Part shown: positions 28,221 to 38,131 of the stretch, in pieces
How the letters are laid out: each line of letters opens with the position of its first letter
Numbering within the stretch: position 1 is the stretch's first letter
Translations under genes and position numbers: made by a program
Assembly: GCA_034722055.1 (NCBI GenBank)
Contig: JAYENL010000314.1
Span: 1-64,000 of the forward strand
Direction of reading: 5' to 3'
Origin: Armatimonadota bacterium
Lineage (GTDB): Bacteria > Armatimonadota > Zipacnadia > Zipacnadales > UBA5352
DNA: 64,000 bases
Notes under the pieces: model-generated
What the model saw: the letters and a program-made list of their open reading frames with translations, nothing else
What the model was told of the DNA's origin: nothing
The model's database searches: none

Positions 28221-30089
28221 GTGGAGATCAGCGACGACCTTGCACTGAGATACCTTGGCGATCGGCTCTACGGGGCGATCCTGGGCCAGGCCGGGGCGGC
28301 GCGGCCGGCCAACCTGGTCCGCTCACTGCCGCAGGGCCTGCGCATCGGAGTCCCGCTCATTCGGCAGGTGCTGCAGGAGGACGGGCGGTTCGCGGAGGTG
28401 GCGGGACGCTTCGATCTCGCGGAGCGGGACTCGCTGGCCAGGCGGCCCTTCGGCGGCGTGGTGCTGGAGCTGCTGGCGCAGTATGGCCGGCCCATGCCCA
28501 TTGCGCTGATGATCACCGGCCTGGCCAGCCTGCGCCGCGGCTCCCCGGAGTACTTCCAGGAGCTGCTGGACGAGTACGAGGAGAGCCGCGACGCCGTCGC
28601 CTACATCGAGGAGCAGGTGGTGGACACCGACTGGCTCCTGGTGATGGAGGGCGACGATGAGGAGGCCGTGCTCTTCTACAACGACCTCCGGGATGACGAC
28701 GAGCTGCGGGAGCTGTGGCAGGAGTGCGAGGAGCGGGATCTGCGCAAGCGAGACCCAGGGCTGACCGCCGCCAACATCCTGGAGGCCTTCGACCGGCCAC
28801 TGGGACCGCGGCAGCTCGCCTTCCTGACGTGGCTGCACCATCCGCAGATCTTCGACCCAACGGAGTTCATTGCGCAGACGCTGCAGCGCGATGACGTCAT
28901 CCCGGCCGCGGGCCTGTGGATGAGCCGCGAGCAGCTCGACGCGCTGCACGAGCGGCTGCGGGAGCTGTCTGACCAGCTCTCGGCTGAGGGCGAGGAGCCC
29001 GTTCACGTGGACATCGGGGAGGTGCTGGCCAAGGAGCCCCCTGCCACGCCCTACACACTCGATGATGAGGATCGGGCCAACATCCTGTCAGTGGTCGGCG
29101 AGGCCCAGGTGCCGATCGGTCTCGACGAGCTGATCGTCGATCTGCTCGAGATCAGCCCCGACCAGAGGAAGTTCGTGGCCGCGGCTCACCGCCTGCAGGA
29201 GATGCTGCAGGGAGAACCGGGGCTGCTACAGGTCTCCCTGGGCCGCTACCTGTCGCGGGAATCCATCCCCGACTGGGTTCGGGAGGTCCCCCAGCCGCTC
29301 GTTCCGGTGCGCACGGAGTTCGAGGAGGACGTCCTGGTGGAGCCGGAGATCCTCCCCGATGAGCTGCTGGAGGAGGTGCGGGACCCCGTCTACGAGGACG
29401 TGGCCTGCGGGGTGGAGATCGAGCCCGACGAGGACCTCATGGCGGAGGACAGCGCGGACTGCCCGCTGCTGCACCACCACTACGTCATGGGCACGGTGCC
29501 GGTGCGGGGCATCGACCGGCCGCTGTTCGACTTCGACGTCCCGATGACGTTGCTGATACTGCGCGACGCCGAACGGGGCCTCTATCCGGCCTGGCTCAAC
29601 CTGGACCTGGGTCTGATGTTCGGGCTGTCGCGCTGGTACCAGCGGTACCTGCCGCCCAGCGGAGCGATCTTCACCATCGCCCGGACCGACGATCCGGTGG
29701 CCTACACGCTGGCGTACGATGGCGACACGGACGAGGAGCTGACGCCGGCCGAGGAGCGCATGGCCGTGCTGGAGCGGAAGCGCGAGCGGGTCAGCCATCG
29801 GCCCATCTCGGTCTTCGACCTCATGGTGGAGCTGCTGGGCGAGCACGAGGATGGCCTGAGCTTCAACGCGCTGTGGGCGGAGATGAATGTCGTGCGCCGC
29901 ACCTCGCGATGGCAGATCGCGTCGCTGCTGGCCTACTACCCGTGCTTTGAGGCCGCCGACGGCAAGTGGTCGCTGGACCGGGAGCTGATCCGCGAGCCGG
30001 GGTCGGAGGAGCTTGAGGACTTCCTCATCCGAGACGAGGCCGAGGAGGCGGAGGAGACCGAAGAGGGCAACGAGGCGCCGGAGGAGTAG
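28221..30089 (+). CDS. Acidic hypothetical protein with repeated winged-helix-like segments and a B3/pseudobarrel-like region
   Basis: GGAGG RBS before GTG 28221; strong coding bias; fold calls are by-eye inference. Confidence 0.75.
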   Translation: MEISDDLALRYLGDRLYGAILGQAGAARPANLVRSLPQGLRIGVPLIRQVLQEDGRFAEVAGRFDLAERDSLARRPFGGVVLELLAQYGRPMPIALMITGLASLRRGSPEYFQELLDEYEESRDAVAYIEEQVVDTDWLLVMEGDDEEAVLFYNDLRDDDELRELWQECEERDLRKRDPGLTAANILEAFDRPLGPRQLAFLTWLHHPQIFDPTEFIAQTLQRDDVIPAAGLWMSREQLDALHERLRELSDQLSAEGEEPVHVDIGEVLAKEPPATPYTLDDEDRANILSVVGEAQVPIGLDELIVDLLEISPDQRKFVAAAHRLQEMLQGEPGLLQVSLGRYLSRESIPDWVREVPQPLVPVRTEFEEDVLVEPEILPDELLEEVRDPVYEDVACGVEIEPDEDLMAEDSADCPLLHHHYVMGTVPVRGIDRPLFDFDVPMTLLILRDAERGLYPAWLNLDLGLMFGLSRWYQRYLPPSGAIFTIARTDDPVAYTLAYDGDTDEELTPAEERMAVLERKRERVSHRPISVFDLMVELLGEHEDGLSFNALWAEMNVVRRTSRWQIASLLAYYPCFEAADGKWSLDRELIREPGSEELEDFLIRDEAEEAEETEEGNEAPEE

Positions 30090-30129
30090 GGCGCGTTCTC
30101 AAGTGTCGGTTCGGCGGGGGGACCGCGCA

Positions 30130-30830
30130 GCTATCAGCTACCGGCTATCAGCTAACGGAAACGGCCGACGGCCAGGCTGGGGAGGCACCGCCAGGTGTCC
30201 GCGCTTGCGCTGCGTTCGACCAAGTGGTCGAAGCATTGAGTGGCGCTTCGGGCCACAAGCCGGCGGGGGCGCCGGCTTCCCAGGATGGGGAGGCAGCGGG
30301 GGTGCCGGCTTCCGAGGATGGGGAGGCAGCGTGGGCGCGGCTTCTCAGGATGGCATATCTACCCTTTCTGGGGCGCGGGCGCCCTCGCCCGCGGGCCGTG
30401 TCGTGCGGAGGTCGGGCGTGCCTACGCCCGACGCGGGCCGAAGCCCCGCAGCCGTTGCCGTTGGAGGGGCCGCACGACGACGGGTGCGACGCACCCGGAG
30501 GAGGTCGGCCCAACATCGCGTGCCGTTTGAGGGCCCGCTCGAATGACAGTCGCGCTTCGCGCGACGGCTGGCCTGGGCAGGCCAGGCCTCCGTACGACAC
30601 TGAGCCGCAGCGCCGCAACTCCCCGAGCCCATCCGTGTGGAACTCGGGGGCGCCGGCTTCCCAGCATCGCATACCCATTGGTGCTGGGTTGCAGGCGCCC
30701 TCGCCCGCAACGGACAATCTGGGGCCGCATCCTGGGGCCGGTTGCGCGCGCGGCGGAGGACGGGTATGATGAGGACACTGCCCGCGGGCGTCCGCCCCGG
30801 GCAGTTCGCTCGCCGGGCAGCGCCGGCGGG
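30130..30830. repeat. Large REP-rich intergenic region (heptamer repeats, 33-nt tandem REP array, GGGGCGCGGGCGCCCTCGCCCGC)
   Basis: GCTATCA-type heptamers at about 30130; GCCGGCTTCC.AGGATGGGGAGGCAGCG with a period of 33 at about 30270-30352; reverse copy of the 22986-23029 element. Confidence 0.75.
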
Positions 30831-30865
30831 CAGCGTCTCGAGCATGCTGGAAAGGTGACCACAGG

Positions 30866-32365
30866 ATGTCAGAGGTACGCACGCGCTTCGCGCCCGCACC
30901 CACAGGGAACCTGCACGTGGGCGGCGCGCATACCGCGCTCTTCGCCTGGCTCTTCGCCCGCTACGAGGGCGGGGAGTTCGTCCTGCGCATCGAGGACACC
31001 GACGAGCTGCGCTCCACCGAGCAGTCCCTGCGCGCCATCTACGACGGCCTGCGCTGGCTGGGTATCGACTGGGATGAGGGCCCCGATGTCGGGGGGCCCT
31101 ACGCGCCCTACATCCAGTCGGAGCGGCTGGAGGTCTATGAGGAGCACATCGACCGGCTGCTCGACGCCGGCAGGGCCTACAGGTGCTTCTGCACGCCCGA
31201 GGAGCTGGAGGAGCGGCGCGAGATCATGCGCGCGCGAGGGGAGCCCCCTCGCTACGACGGGAAATGCCTGGAGCTGGGAGAGGAGCAGCGGCAGACGCTC
31301 CTGGCCGAGGGGAAGCCCTACTGCGTGCGCTTCCACGTCAAGGAGTCCGGGACCACGGTGGTGGAGGACCTGGTGCGCGGGGAGGTGTCCTTCGACAACT
31401 CGCTGATGGGCGACTTCGTCATCCGCAAGACCTCCGGCTACCCGACATATCACCTGGCGGTGGTGGTGGACGACCACCTTATGGAGGTCAGTCACGTCAT
31501 CCGCGCCGAGGAGCACCTCTCCAACACCCCCTCGCACGTGCAGCTCATGGAGGCGCTGGGCTTTGAGCGCCCGCAGTTCGCGCACCTGCCCCTGATCATG
31601 GGCACCGATCGCACGAAGCTGAGCAAGCGCCATGGAGCGGTGAACCTGCTGGACTACAGGGAGCAGGGCTTCCTGCCGGAGGCGATGCGCAACTTCCTGG
31701 CGCTCATCGGCTGGTCGCCGGGGACCGATGAGGAGATCCTCGACCTCCAGGAGCTGATCGACACCTTCACCCTCGAGGGCGTCAGCAAGTCGCCGGGGGT
31801 CTTTGACCTCGAGAAGGCCACCTGGCTGAACGGTGAGTATCTCAAGCAGGCCGATCCGGAGTACTTGGCCGACCTCCTGGAGCCGATCCTGCGGGAGGAG
31901 GGCCTGATCGAGGAGGACCTCAGCGCCGAGCGGCGGGAGTGGCTGGTGGCGGTGGTGGACCTGATGAAGGAGCGCACCCGCCTGCTCCGGGACTTCGTGA
32001 CCTGGGGCCGCTACTACTTCACCAACGACTTCCCCTACGACAACCGGGCCCGCAAGAAGTGGCTGCGGCGGGAGGAGGTCCCCGAGCGCCTGGACATGCT
32101 GGCTGACAGGCTGGAGACGCTGGAGAGCTGGGACGTGGACGGCATCGAGCGGGTCATCAGGGGCCTGGCCGACGACCTCGGCGTGAGCGCCGCGAAGGTC
32201 ATCCACCCCTGCCGGGCGGCCGTGACGGGACAGACCATCGGGCCCAGCCTGTTCCACCTCATGGAGCTCGTCCCGCAGCGGGATGTGGTGGCGCGGCTGC
32301 GCCGGGCCGCGGAGCTGGGACGGGCGGGGAAGATGGAGCCGATCCCCGAGCAGGACGAGCAGTAG
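30866..32365 (+). CDS. gltX: Glutamate--tRNA ligase
   Basis: RFAPAPTGNLHVGG (HIGH), RIEDTD, PTYHLAVVVDDHLM and KLSKRHG (KMSKS). Confidence 0.97.
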   Translation: MSEVRTRFAPAPTGNLHVGGAHTALFAWLFARYEGGEFVLRIEDTDELRSTEQSLRAIYDGLRWLGIDWDEGPDVGGPYAPYIQSERLEVYEEHIDRLLDAGRAYRCFCTPEELEERREIMRARGEPPRYDGKCLELGEEQRQTLLAEGKPYCVRFHVKESGTTVVEDLVRGEVSFDNSLMGDFVIRKTSGYPTYHLAVVVDDHLMEVSHVIRAEEHLSNTPSHVQLMEALGFERPQFAHLPLIMGTDRTKLSKRHGAVNLLDYREQGFLPEAMRNFLALIGWSPGTDEEILDLQELIDTFTLEGVSKSPGVFDLEKATWLNGEYLKQADPEYLADLLEPILREEGLIEEDLSAERREWLVAVVDLMKERTRLLRDFVTWGRYYFTNDFPYDNRARKKWLRREEVPERLDMLADRLETLESWDVDGIERVIRGLADDLGVSAAKVIHPCRAAVTGQTIGPSLFHLMELVPQRDVVARLRRAAELGRAGKMEPIPEQDEQ

Positions 32366-32559
32366 CCCGCCGGCAGCATGGGCACGGCCTGCGGGCCGAT
32401 GCAGACGCCGGGAAGTCGGCCTCGCCACCCCTTCCGGGCCCCAGAGCAGGAGCCGCGGCAGCATCCCACTAACCTCGCTGGCATGGTGAACATTGGGCTC
32501 ATCGGCTGCGTCTATTCTGACTGAAGACACAAGAGATGTGCCGGCCACCGAAGGTTTGG

Positions 32560-32601
32560 TGGGGGATGCGGGTGCTGTCCCCGCCAGCACCCAAATCCCC
32601 C
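32560..32601. other. Long hairpin downstream of gltX (possible terminator or REP-like)
   Basis: GGGGAT..GGGTGCTG / CAGCACCC..ATCCCC; no clear U-tract. Confidence 0.45.
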
Positions 32602-32748
32602 GCCGTTGATTCCCCCCCGATGCGGTGTGAATTCCAAGTATCGGGAGAACGCGCGGGCGAGGGCGCCCGCGCCCCAATACTTACCTGGGTTGCGGGCGAG
32701 CTACCTCCACCCGACAATCTGACGCCGTACCCCCCTCGACGCCTCCAT

Positions 32749-32777
32749 TTGACAGGCCCCGCGTGCTGTGCTAAGGT
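32749..32777 (+). promoter_or_regulatory. sigma70 promoter of the cysK-homocysteine operon
   Basis: TTGACA-N17-TAAGGT with extended -10 TG; gives a leader of about 240 nt. Confidence 0.65.
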
Positions 32778-32841
32778 CTCTGGCGGTCAGTTGACAGAGT
32801 TGAGCTGATAGCCGCGCGGCCTTGCCCAGGCGGACACGCAG

Positions 32842-32928
32842 ATGGCAGCGATCACCCGGCGCTCAGCACGGATCGAGGTGACGGGACCGAGGGTCGGCCG
32901 CGTGCGACCGCTGGGTATGATGTCGTAG
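32842..32928 (+). CDS. Putative 28-aa leader peptide ending Met-Met-Ser
   Basis: MAAITRRSARIEVTGPRVGRVRPLGMMS*, weak SD AGGCGG, lying between the promoter and the attenuator-like hairpin. Confidence 0.45.
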   Translation: MAAITRRSARIEVTGPRVGRVRPLGMMS

Positions 32929-32932
32929 CTTC

Positions 32933-32988
32933 ACAGGGCCCCCGCCCGGCCGGGATGTGCGGCCGCTCCGGGCATCGGGGCCTGTTTG
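32933..32988 (+). terminator. Attenuator/terminator-like hairpin in the cysK leader
   Basis: ACAGG/CCTGT, CCCC/GGGG and GCCCGG/CCGGGC stems with a short T-rich end (GTTTG); starts 5 nt after the leader stop. Confidence 0.5.
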
Positions 32989-33024
32989 CATGTACGGGCG
33001 GACGGGCAGGGACGCGGGGAGGCG

Positions 33025-33957
33025 ATGGGCGTGAGGATCTTCGAGGACATCACCCAGACCATCGGCAACACGCCCCTGGTCCGGCTGGCGAGGCTGGACT
33101 CGGGTCTGCCCGGGCGGGTGGTGGGGAAGCTGGAGGCGTTCAATCCCGCCGGGTGCGTGAAGGAGCGCATCGGCTGGGAGATGATCGTCACCGCGGAGCG
33201 GGAGGGGCGGATCGAGCCCGACCGCACCACGATCATCGAGCCCACCAGCGGCAACACCGGGGTGGGGCTGGCGATGGTGGGGGCGGCGCGCGGCTACCGG
33301 GTGGTGCTGTGCATGCCCGAGAGCATGAGCCTGGAGCGGCGCAAGCTCCTGGCCGCCTTCGGCGCGGAGCTGGAGCTGACTCCGGCCTCCGGCGGGATGG
33401 CCTCGGCCATTGAGCGGGCGAGGGAGCTGGCGGGGGAGCTTGAGGACGCCTGGATCCCGATGCAGTTCGAGAATCCTGCCAACCCGGCGGCCCACCAGCG
33501 GACTACGGCTGAGGAGATCTGGGCGGACACGGAGGGAGCCGTGGACGCCGTGGTGGCGGGCATCGGCACCGGTGGGACGGTCACCGGGATCGCGCGCGCC
33601 CTCAAGCCCCGCAAGCAGGAGCTGCGCATCATTGGGGTGGAGCCCGCCGAGTCCGCGGTCATCTCAGGCGAGGAGCCGGGGCCGCACGGCATTCAGGGCA
33701 TCGGGGCGGGCTTCATCCCGGACGTGCTGGAGGTGGCCCTGCTGGATGAGGTGGTGCAGGTGACCACCGAGGACGCAAAGGTCATGGGTCGGCGGCTGGC
33801 GGCGGAGGAGGGCATCCTGGCGGGGATCTCCTCGGGCGCCGCCGTCCACGCGGCGCTGGCGGTGGCCGCGCGGGACGAGATGCGGGAGCGGCTGATCGTG
33901 GTTATCCTGCCGGACACCGGCGAGCGCTACCTCTCGACGGACCTGTTCGAGCGGTAA
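33025..33957 (+). CDS. cysK: Cysteine synthase A
   Basis: [18 protein letters not shown] (PLP Lys), [33 protein letters not shown] and [18 protein letters not shown]. Confidence 0.96.
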   Translation: MGVRIFEDITQTIGNTPLVRLARLDSGLPGRVVGKLEAFNPAGCVKERIGWEMIVTAEREGRIEPDRTTIIEPTSGNTGVGLAMVGAARGYRVVLCMPESMSLERRKLLAAFGAELELTPASGGMASAIERARELAGELEDAWIPMQFENPANPAAHQRTTAEEIWADTEGAVDAVVAGIGTGGTVTGIARALKPRKQELRIIGVEPAESAVISGEEPGPHGIQGIGAGFIPDVLEVALLDEVVQVTTEDAKVMGRRLAAEEGILAGISSGAAVHAALAVAARDEMRERLIVVILPDTGERYLSTDLFER

Positions 33958-33997
33958 GAGCTGACGCGGCTGGGTCCGGGCGGAAGGAGGTTCGGCG

Positions 33998-34150
33998 ATG
34001 CTGGGACGGATACAGCCGGAGGCCGAGGTGATGATCCGTATGGCGATGCCCCGGCGCCCCTGGCCGGGGCGCATGCTGAGCCGTGGCGGGCGACGCATCG
34101 TGCAGATGACCCGCGTCCGGCATGGCCGATCCGAGCGGGCGCGGCTGTGA
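33998..34150 (+). CDS. Putative 50-aa Met-rich leader/small protein
   Basis: Strong SD AAGGAGGT; MLGRIQPEAEVMIRMAMPRRPWPGRMLSRGGRRIVQMTRVRHGRSERARL* has 6 Met; it stops 13 nt before the DUF39 start. Confidence 0.55.
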   Translation: MLGRIQPEAEVMIRMAMPRRPWPGRMLSRGGRRIVQMTRVRHGRSERARL

Positions 34151-34163
34151 GAGAGTGATACCG

Positions 34164-35381
34164 GTGGCGAAGACGTACGACGAGATCAACGAGAGGATCC
34201 GGCGGGGAGAGGTCGTGGTGGTCACGGCCGAGCAGATGGTTGACGTCGTCGATGAGCTGGGGGCGAGTGGGGCTGCGGAGAAGGTGGACGTGGTGACGAC
34301 AGGCACCTTCGGCCCCATGTGCTCCTCGGGCGCCTTCCTCAACTTCGGCCACTCCACCCCGCGGATCAAGGTCTCGAAGGCGTGGCTGAACGAGGTGCCG
34401 GCCTACGCCGGCCTGGCTGCGGTGGACCTCTACATCGGCGCGGCGGAGGTGGCGGAGGGCGACCCCCTCAACCGGACGCATCCAGGGAGCTTCAACTACG
34501 GCGGCGGGCACGTTATCGAGGACCTTGTGGCGGGCCGGGACGTGCGCCTGCGGGCGCGGGCCTACGGCACCGACTGCTATCCGCGGCGAGAGCTGGACAC
34601 GTGGCTGAACATCGAGGACCTCAACGAGGCCTTCATGTGCAACCCGCGCAACGCCTACCAGAACTACAACGTGGCGGTCAATACCTCTGCCGACCGCGAC
34701 ATCTACACCTACATGGGCGTGGTCAAGAGGGACCTGGGGAGCGCCAACTACTGCTCCGCCGGCCAGCTCAGCCCCCTCCTGAACGACCCGCACTACAGAA
34801 CCATCGGGGTCGGGACGCCGGTCTTCATTGGCGGCGCCCGGGGGCGCGTGTTCTGGCAGGGCACCCAGCACGACCCCACCACCCCCCGCAACGAGAGGGG
34901 CGTGCCCACCGGCGGCGGGGGCACGCTGGCCACGGTGGGGGACCTCAAGCAGATGGACCCCCGCTTCGTGGTGGGGGTGAGCATGCTCGGCTACGGCGTG
35001 TCGCTGGCGCTGGGCATCGGGACGGCGATCCCGATTCTGGATGAGGAGATGGCGGCCTTCACCGGCGTCAGCGACGCCGACATAGTGGCCCCGATCGTGG
35101 ACTACTCCCGCGATTACGGGCACAATGAGGGGGAGCCGCTGGGCCATGTGTCCTACGTGGAGCTCAAGCGCGGCCAAGTCCGGATTGAGGGCAAGGCGGT
35201 CCCTACGGCGTCGCTGTCCAGCTACGTGCGGGCGCGGGAGATCGCGGAGACGCTCAAGTCCTGGGTCGAGGCCGGCGAGTTCCTGCTCAACGAGCCCGTG
35301 CAGGCGCTGCCCTCCGCCGAGGAGAGCGAGGGCTTTAGGATGCTCAACTACCGGCCCGCGGCGCCGGAAGGGGATGAGTGA
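34164..35381 (+). CDS. Homocysteine biosynthesis enzyme (L-aspartate semialdehyde sulfurtransferase, DUF39/MA1821-like)
   Basis: KTYDEINERI, VDVVTTGTFGPMCSSGA, YGGGHVIEDL, GTDCYP, NPRNAYQNY, SAGQLSPLLNDP and GTQH motifs; no CBS domains. Confidence 0.9.
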   Translation: MAKTYDEINERIRRGEVVVVTAEQMVDVVDELGASGAAEKVDVVTTGTFGPMCSSGAFLNFGHSTPRIKVSKAWLNEVPAYAGLAAVDLYIGAAEVAEGDPLNRTHPGSFNYGGGHVIEDLVAGRDVRLRARAYGTDCYPRRELDTWLNIEDLNEAFMCNPRNAYQNYNVAVNTSADRDIYTYMGVVKRDLGSANYCSAGQLSPLLNDPHYRTIGVGTPVFIGGARGRVFWQGTQHDPTTPRNERGVPTGGGGTLATVGDLKQMDPRFVVGVSMLGYGVSLALGIGTAIPILDEEMAAFTGVSDADIVAPIVDYSRDYGHNEGEPLGHVSYVELKRGQVRIEGKAVPTASLSSYVRAREIAETLKSWVEAGEFLLNEPVQALPSAEESEGFRMLNYRPAAPEGDE

Positions 35382-35383
35382 GG

Positions 35384-35791
35384 ATGGCGGAGAGCAGAGT
35401 CGTGCTGCACTTCCCGAAGCACCTCCTCGACCAGCCGGTGACCTCCACGACCGTGGAGCGCTTCAACCTGCACTTCAACATCCTGCGCGCCGACATCACC
35501 CAGGACCAGGAGGGCCTGATGGTCCTGGGCCTGGTTGGCGAGCCCGAGAACATCGAGGGCGCCATCGAGTTCATGCGCGAGCAGGGCGTGCGCGTCCAGC
35601 CGCTGGAGCAGGATGTGGTTCGCGACGATGACCGATGCACCCACTGCGGCGCCTGCGTCGTGGTATGCCCCACCGATGCTCTGGCCATGGACCCCGACAG
35701 CCGCCAGGTCAGCTTCGATGCCGACAAGTGCGTGGCGTGCGGGATATGCGTGCCGGTCTGCCCGCCGCGGGCGATGTCGATACACTTCTGA
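35384..35791 (+). CDS. NIL-domain 2x[4Fe-4S] ferredoxin (MA1822-like)
   Basis: FNILRA (NIL) plus CTHCGACVVVCP and CVACGICVPVCP. Confidence 0.9.
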   Translation: MAESRVVLHFPKHLLDQPVTSTTVERFNLHFNILRADITQDQEGLMVLGLVGEPENIEGAIEFMREQGVRVQPLEQDVVRDDDRCTHCGACVVVCPTDALAMDPDSRQVSFDADKCVACGICVPVCPPRAMSIHF

Positions 35792-35967
35792 GGGCACCTG
35801 CGAGAGATGCCTCGGCGAACGGCGGCGGGCTGGAAGCCTGCCTCACGAGGCGAGGGCAGAGAAGCAGATAAGCGGAGGACCACGAGAAACGGGGGACGAG
35901 TCTGAAGCCGCGTCCCTCCGAACGGCATCGCGGCTCCGCAGAGAGTAGGTCGGCGAGCAGTGGTCGT

Positions 35968-36384
<417 letters not shown>

Positions 36385-36457
36385 GTACAGCCGCTCCCTC
36401 CTGCGCCCGTGACACACTGCGGGTGCCCCGGGCTTAGGGGACATCCGGTGTGCGCCG

Positions 36458-36486
36458 ATTATATCAGAGCCCCCCTGTCGTGTCAA
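36458..36486 (-). promoter_or_regulatory. Consensus sigma70 promoter of the response regulator
   Basis: Perfect TTGACA-N17-TATAAT plus extended -10 TG. Confidence 0.85.
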
Positions 36487-36544
36487 ACTGCTCGGATTGG
36501 CGCTCGGCCCCGCTCAGGGCCTCCAGGACCGCCGCGAGGCAGTC

Positions 36545-38092
36545 CTAGGTGTCCCCCTCCGCGCCCTCCACGAGTCTGGCCGCCTCGTCGTAGCTGGACT
36601 CCACCTGCCGGTAGAGCTGCTGGTACAGCCGATGGTATCCGCGGTAGAGCTGGTGGCTGCGCTCATCCACGCGCGGGGCGTCAACGGTGCGGATGGTGGC
36701 CTCGCAGGCCTCCTCCACAGATGCGTAGAGCCCGGCGCCCACCGCAGCCAGCAGAGCCACGCCGTAGGCCGGGCCCTCATCGACGTTGATGAGGCAGTGC
36801 GGGTAGCCGGTGACGTCGGTCTGAATCTGCCGCCACAGCCGACTGCGCGCGCCGCCGCCGGAGGCCCGAACCTCGCTGATCTGCACGCCCATCTCCTCGA
36901 TGATCTCAAAGGAGTCCCTCAGCCCGTAAGCCACGCCCTCCAGCACCGCGCGGATGAGGTGGGGCTTGCCGTGGCGGAGGCTGAGGCCGAAGAACATCCC
37001 GCGGGCGTTGGGGTTGGGATAGGGCGTCCGCTCGCCGGTGAGGTAAGGGAGGAAGACCAGCCCCTCGCTGCCCACCGGTGCCTGCGCGGCCTGCTCGGTC
37101 ATCAGCTCGTAGGCGTCGATGCCCATGTTGCGGGCGATCTCCACCTCCGCGTCACAGAGGGTATCACGGACCCAGCGCAGGGAGCCGCCGGCGGAGAGCA
37201 TCACGCCCATGACGTGCCATCTGCCGGGCACCGCGTGGCAGAAGGTGTGAGTCCGGAGCTTCTCATCCACCCTCGGCTCGTCGAGGTGTGCGAAGACCAC
37301 GCCGGAGGTGCCGGTGCTCACCGACACGACCCCCGAGCGGACGATGCCGTTGCCCACGGCGCCGGCGGCCTGGTCGCCGCCACCGCCCACCACCGGCGTG
37401 CCCTCGGCCAGCCCCGTCAGACCGGCGGCCTCGGCGGTGACGTGCCCGCTTACCTCGGGGGACTCGTAGACCTCCGGCAGCCAGTCGCGGGGCAGCTCCA
37501 GGCGGTCGAGGATCAGCTCCGACCAGCGCCGCCGGGGGACGTTGAGCAGTGAGGTCCCGGACGCATCCGAGACCTCCGTGGCGTACTGGCCGGTGAGCTT
37601 CAGCCGCACGTAGTCCTTGGGCAGCAGCACCTTGCGGACGCGGGCGTAGGCCTCCGGCTCCTCGTCCCGCAGCCAGATGATCTTGGGGGCCGTGAAGCCC
37701 GTGAGCACGGGGTTGAGGGTCTCGGAGACGACCTCCTCGGCGCCCACGGCCTCGGTGATCTCGTCGCACTGGCGGGCGGTGCGCTGATCGCACCACAGTA
37801 TCGCCGGCCGGATGACCTGGTCGCTCTCGTCGAGGAATACGGACCCGTGCATCTGGCCCGAGAGGCCCACGCCGGCGATGTGCCCGGCGCGCACGCCGGA
37901 CTGCTCGATGAGCGCCGTAACGCTGGCGATGGTGGCGGTCCACCAGTCGGACGGGTCCTGCTCGGCCCAGTTCGGCCTGGGGGTGGAGAGGGGGTACTCG
38001 GTGGCATCACTGGCCACCGTGGCACCATCCTCGTCGATCAGCAGCGCCCGGGTGCTGGTGGTGCCCACATCGATGCCCAGCAAGTAACTCAT
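36545..38092 (-). CDS. xylB: Xylulokinase-like FGGY kinase
   Basis: GIDVGTT, SGQMHG, ILWCDQR, PKDY, SDASGT, GGGDQAAGAVG, GTSG, PYLTGERTP and GGGARS motifs. Confidence 0.9.
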   Translation of the reverse strand: MSYLLGIDVGTTSTRALLIDEDGATVASDATEYPLSTPRPNWAEQDPSDWWTATIASVTALIEQSGVRAGHIAGVGLSGQMHGSVFLDESDQVIRPAILWCDQRTARQCDEITEAVGAEEVVSETLNPVLTGFTAPKIIWLRDEEPEAYARVRKVLLPKDYVRLKLTGQYATEVSDASGTSLLNVPRRRWSELILDRLELPRDWLPEVYESPEVSGHVTAEAAGLTGLAEGTPVVGGGGDQAAGAVGNGIVRSGVVSVSTGTSGVVFAHLDEPRVDEKLRTHTFCHAVPGRWHVMGVMLSAGGSLRWVRDTLCDAEVEIARNMGIDAYELMTEQAAQAPVGSEGLVFLPYLTGERTPYPNPNARGMFFGLSLRHGKPHLIRAVLEGVAYGLRDSFEIIEEMGVQISEVRASGGGARSRLWRQIQTDVTGYPHCLINVDEGPAYGVALLAAVGAGLYASVEEACEATIRTVDAPRVDERSHQLYRGYHRLYQQLYRQVESSYDEAARLVEGAEGDT

Positions 38093-38131
38093 GGCCGGCC
38101 TCCTTTGCGCGAACGGTCGGGTCCAGCGAGG

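Noticed and set aside
32366..32740. Possible tRNA-Glu/Gln after gltX
   Set aside because: No cloverleaf, TTCGA T-loop or CCA end found.
32780..33020. SAM-I riboswitch or T-box in the cysK leader; near-palindrome TCAGTTGACAGAGTTGAGCTGA as an Rrf2 operator
   Set aside because: The ATC.AGAG/GCAACC/GGTGC SAM-I core and the GGTGGTACC T-box are absent; the palindrome is too imperfect to call.
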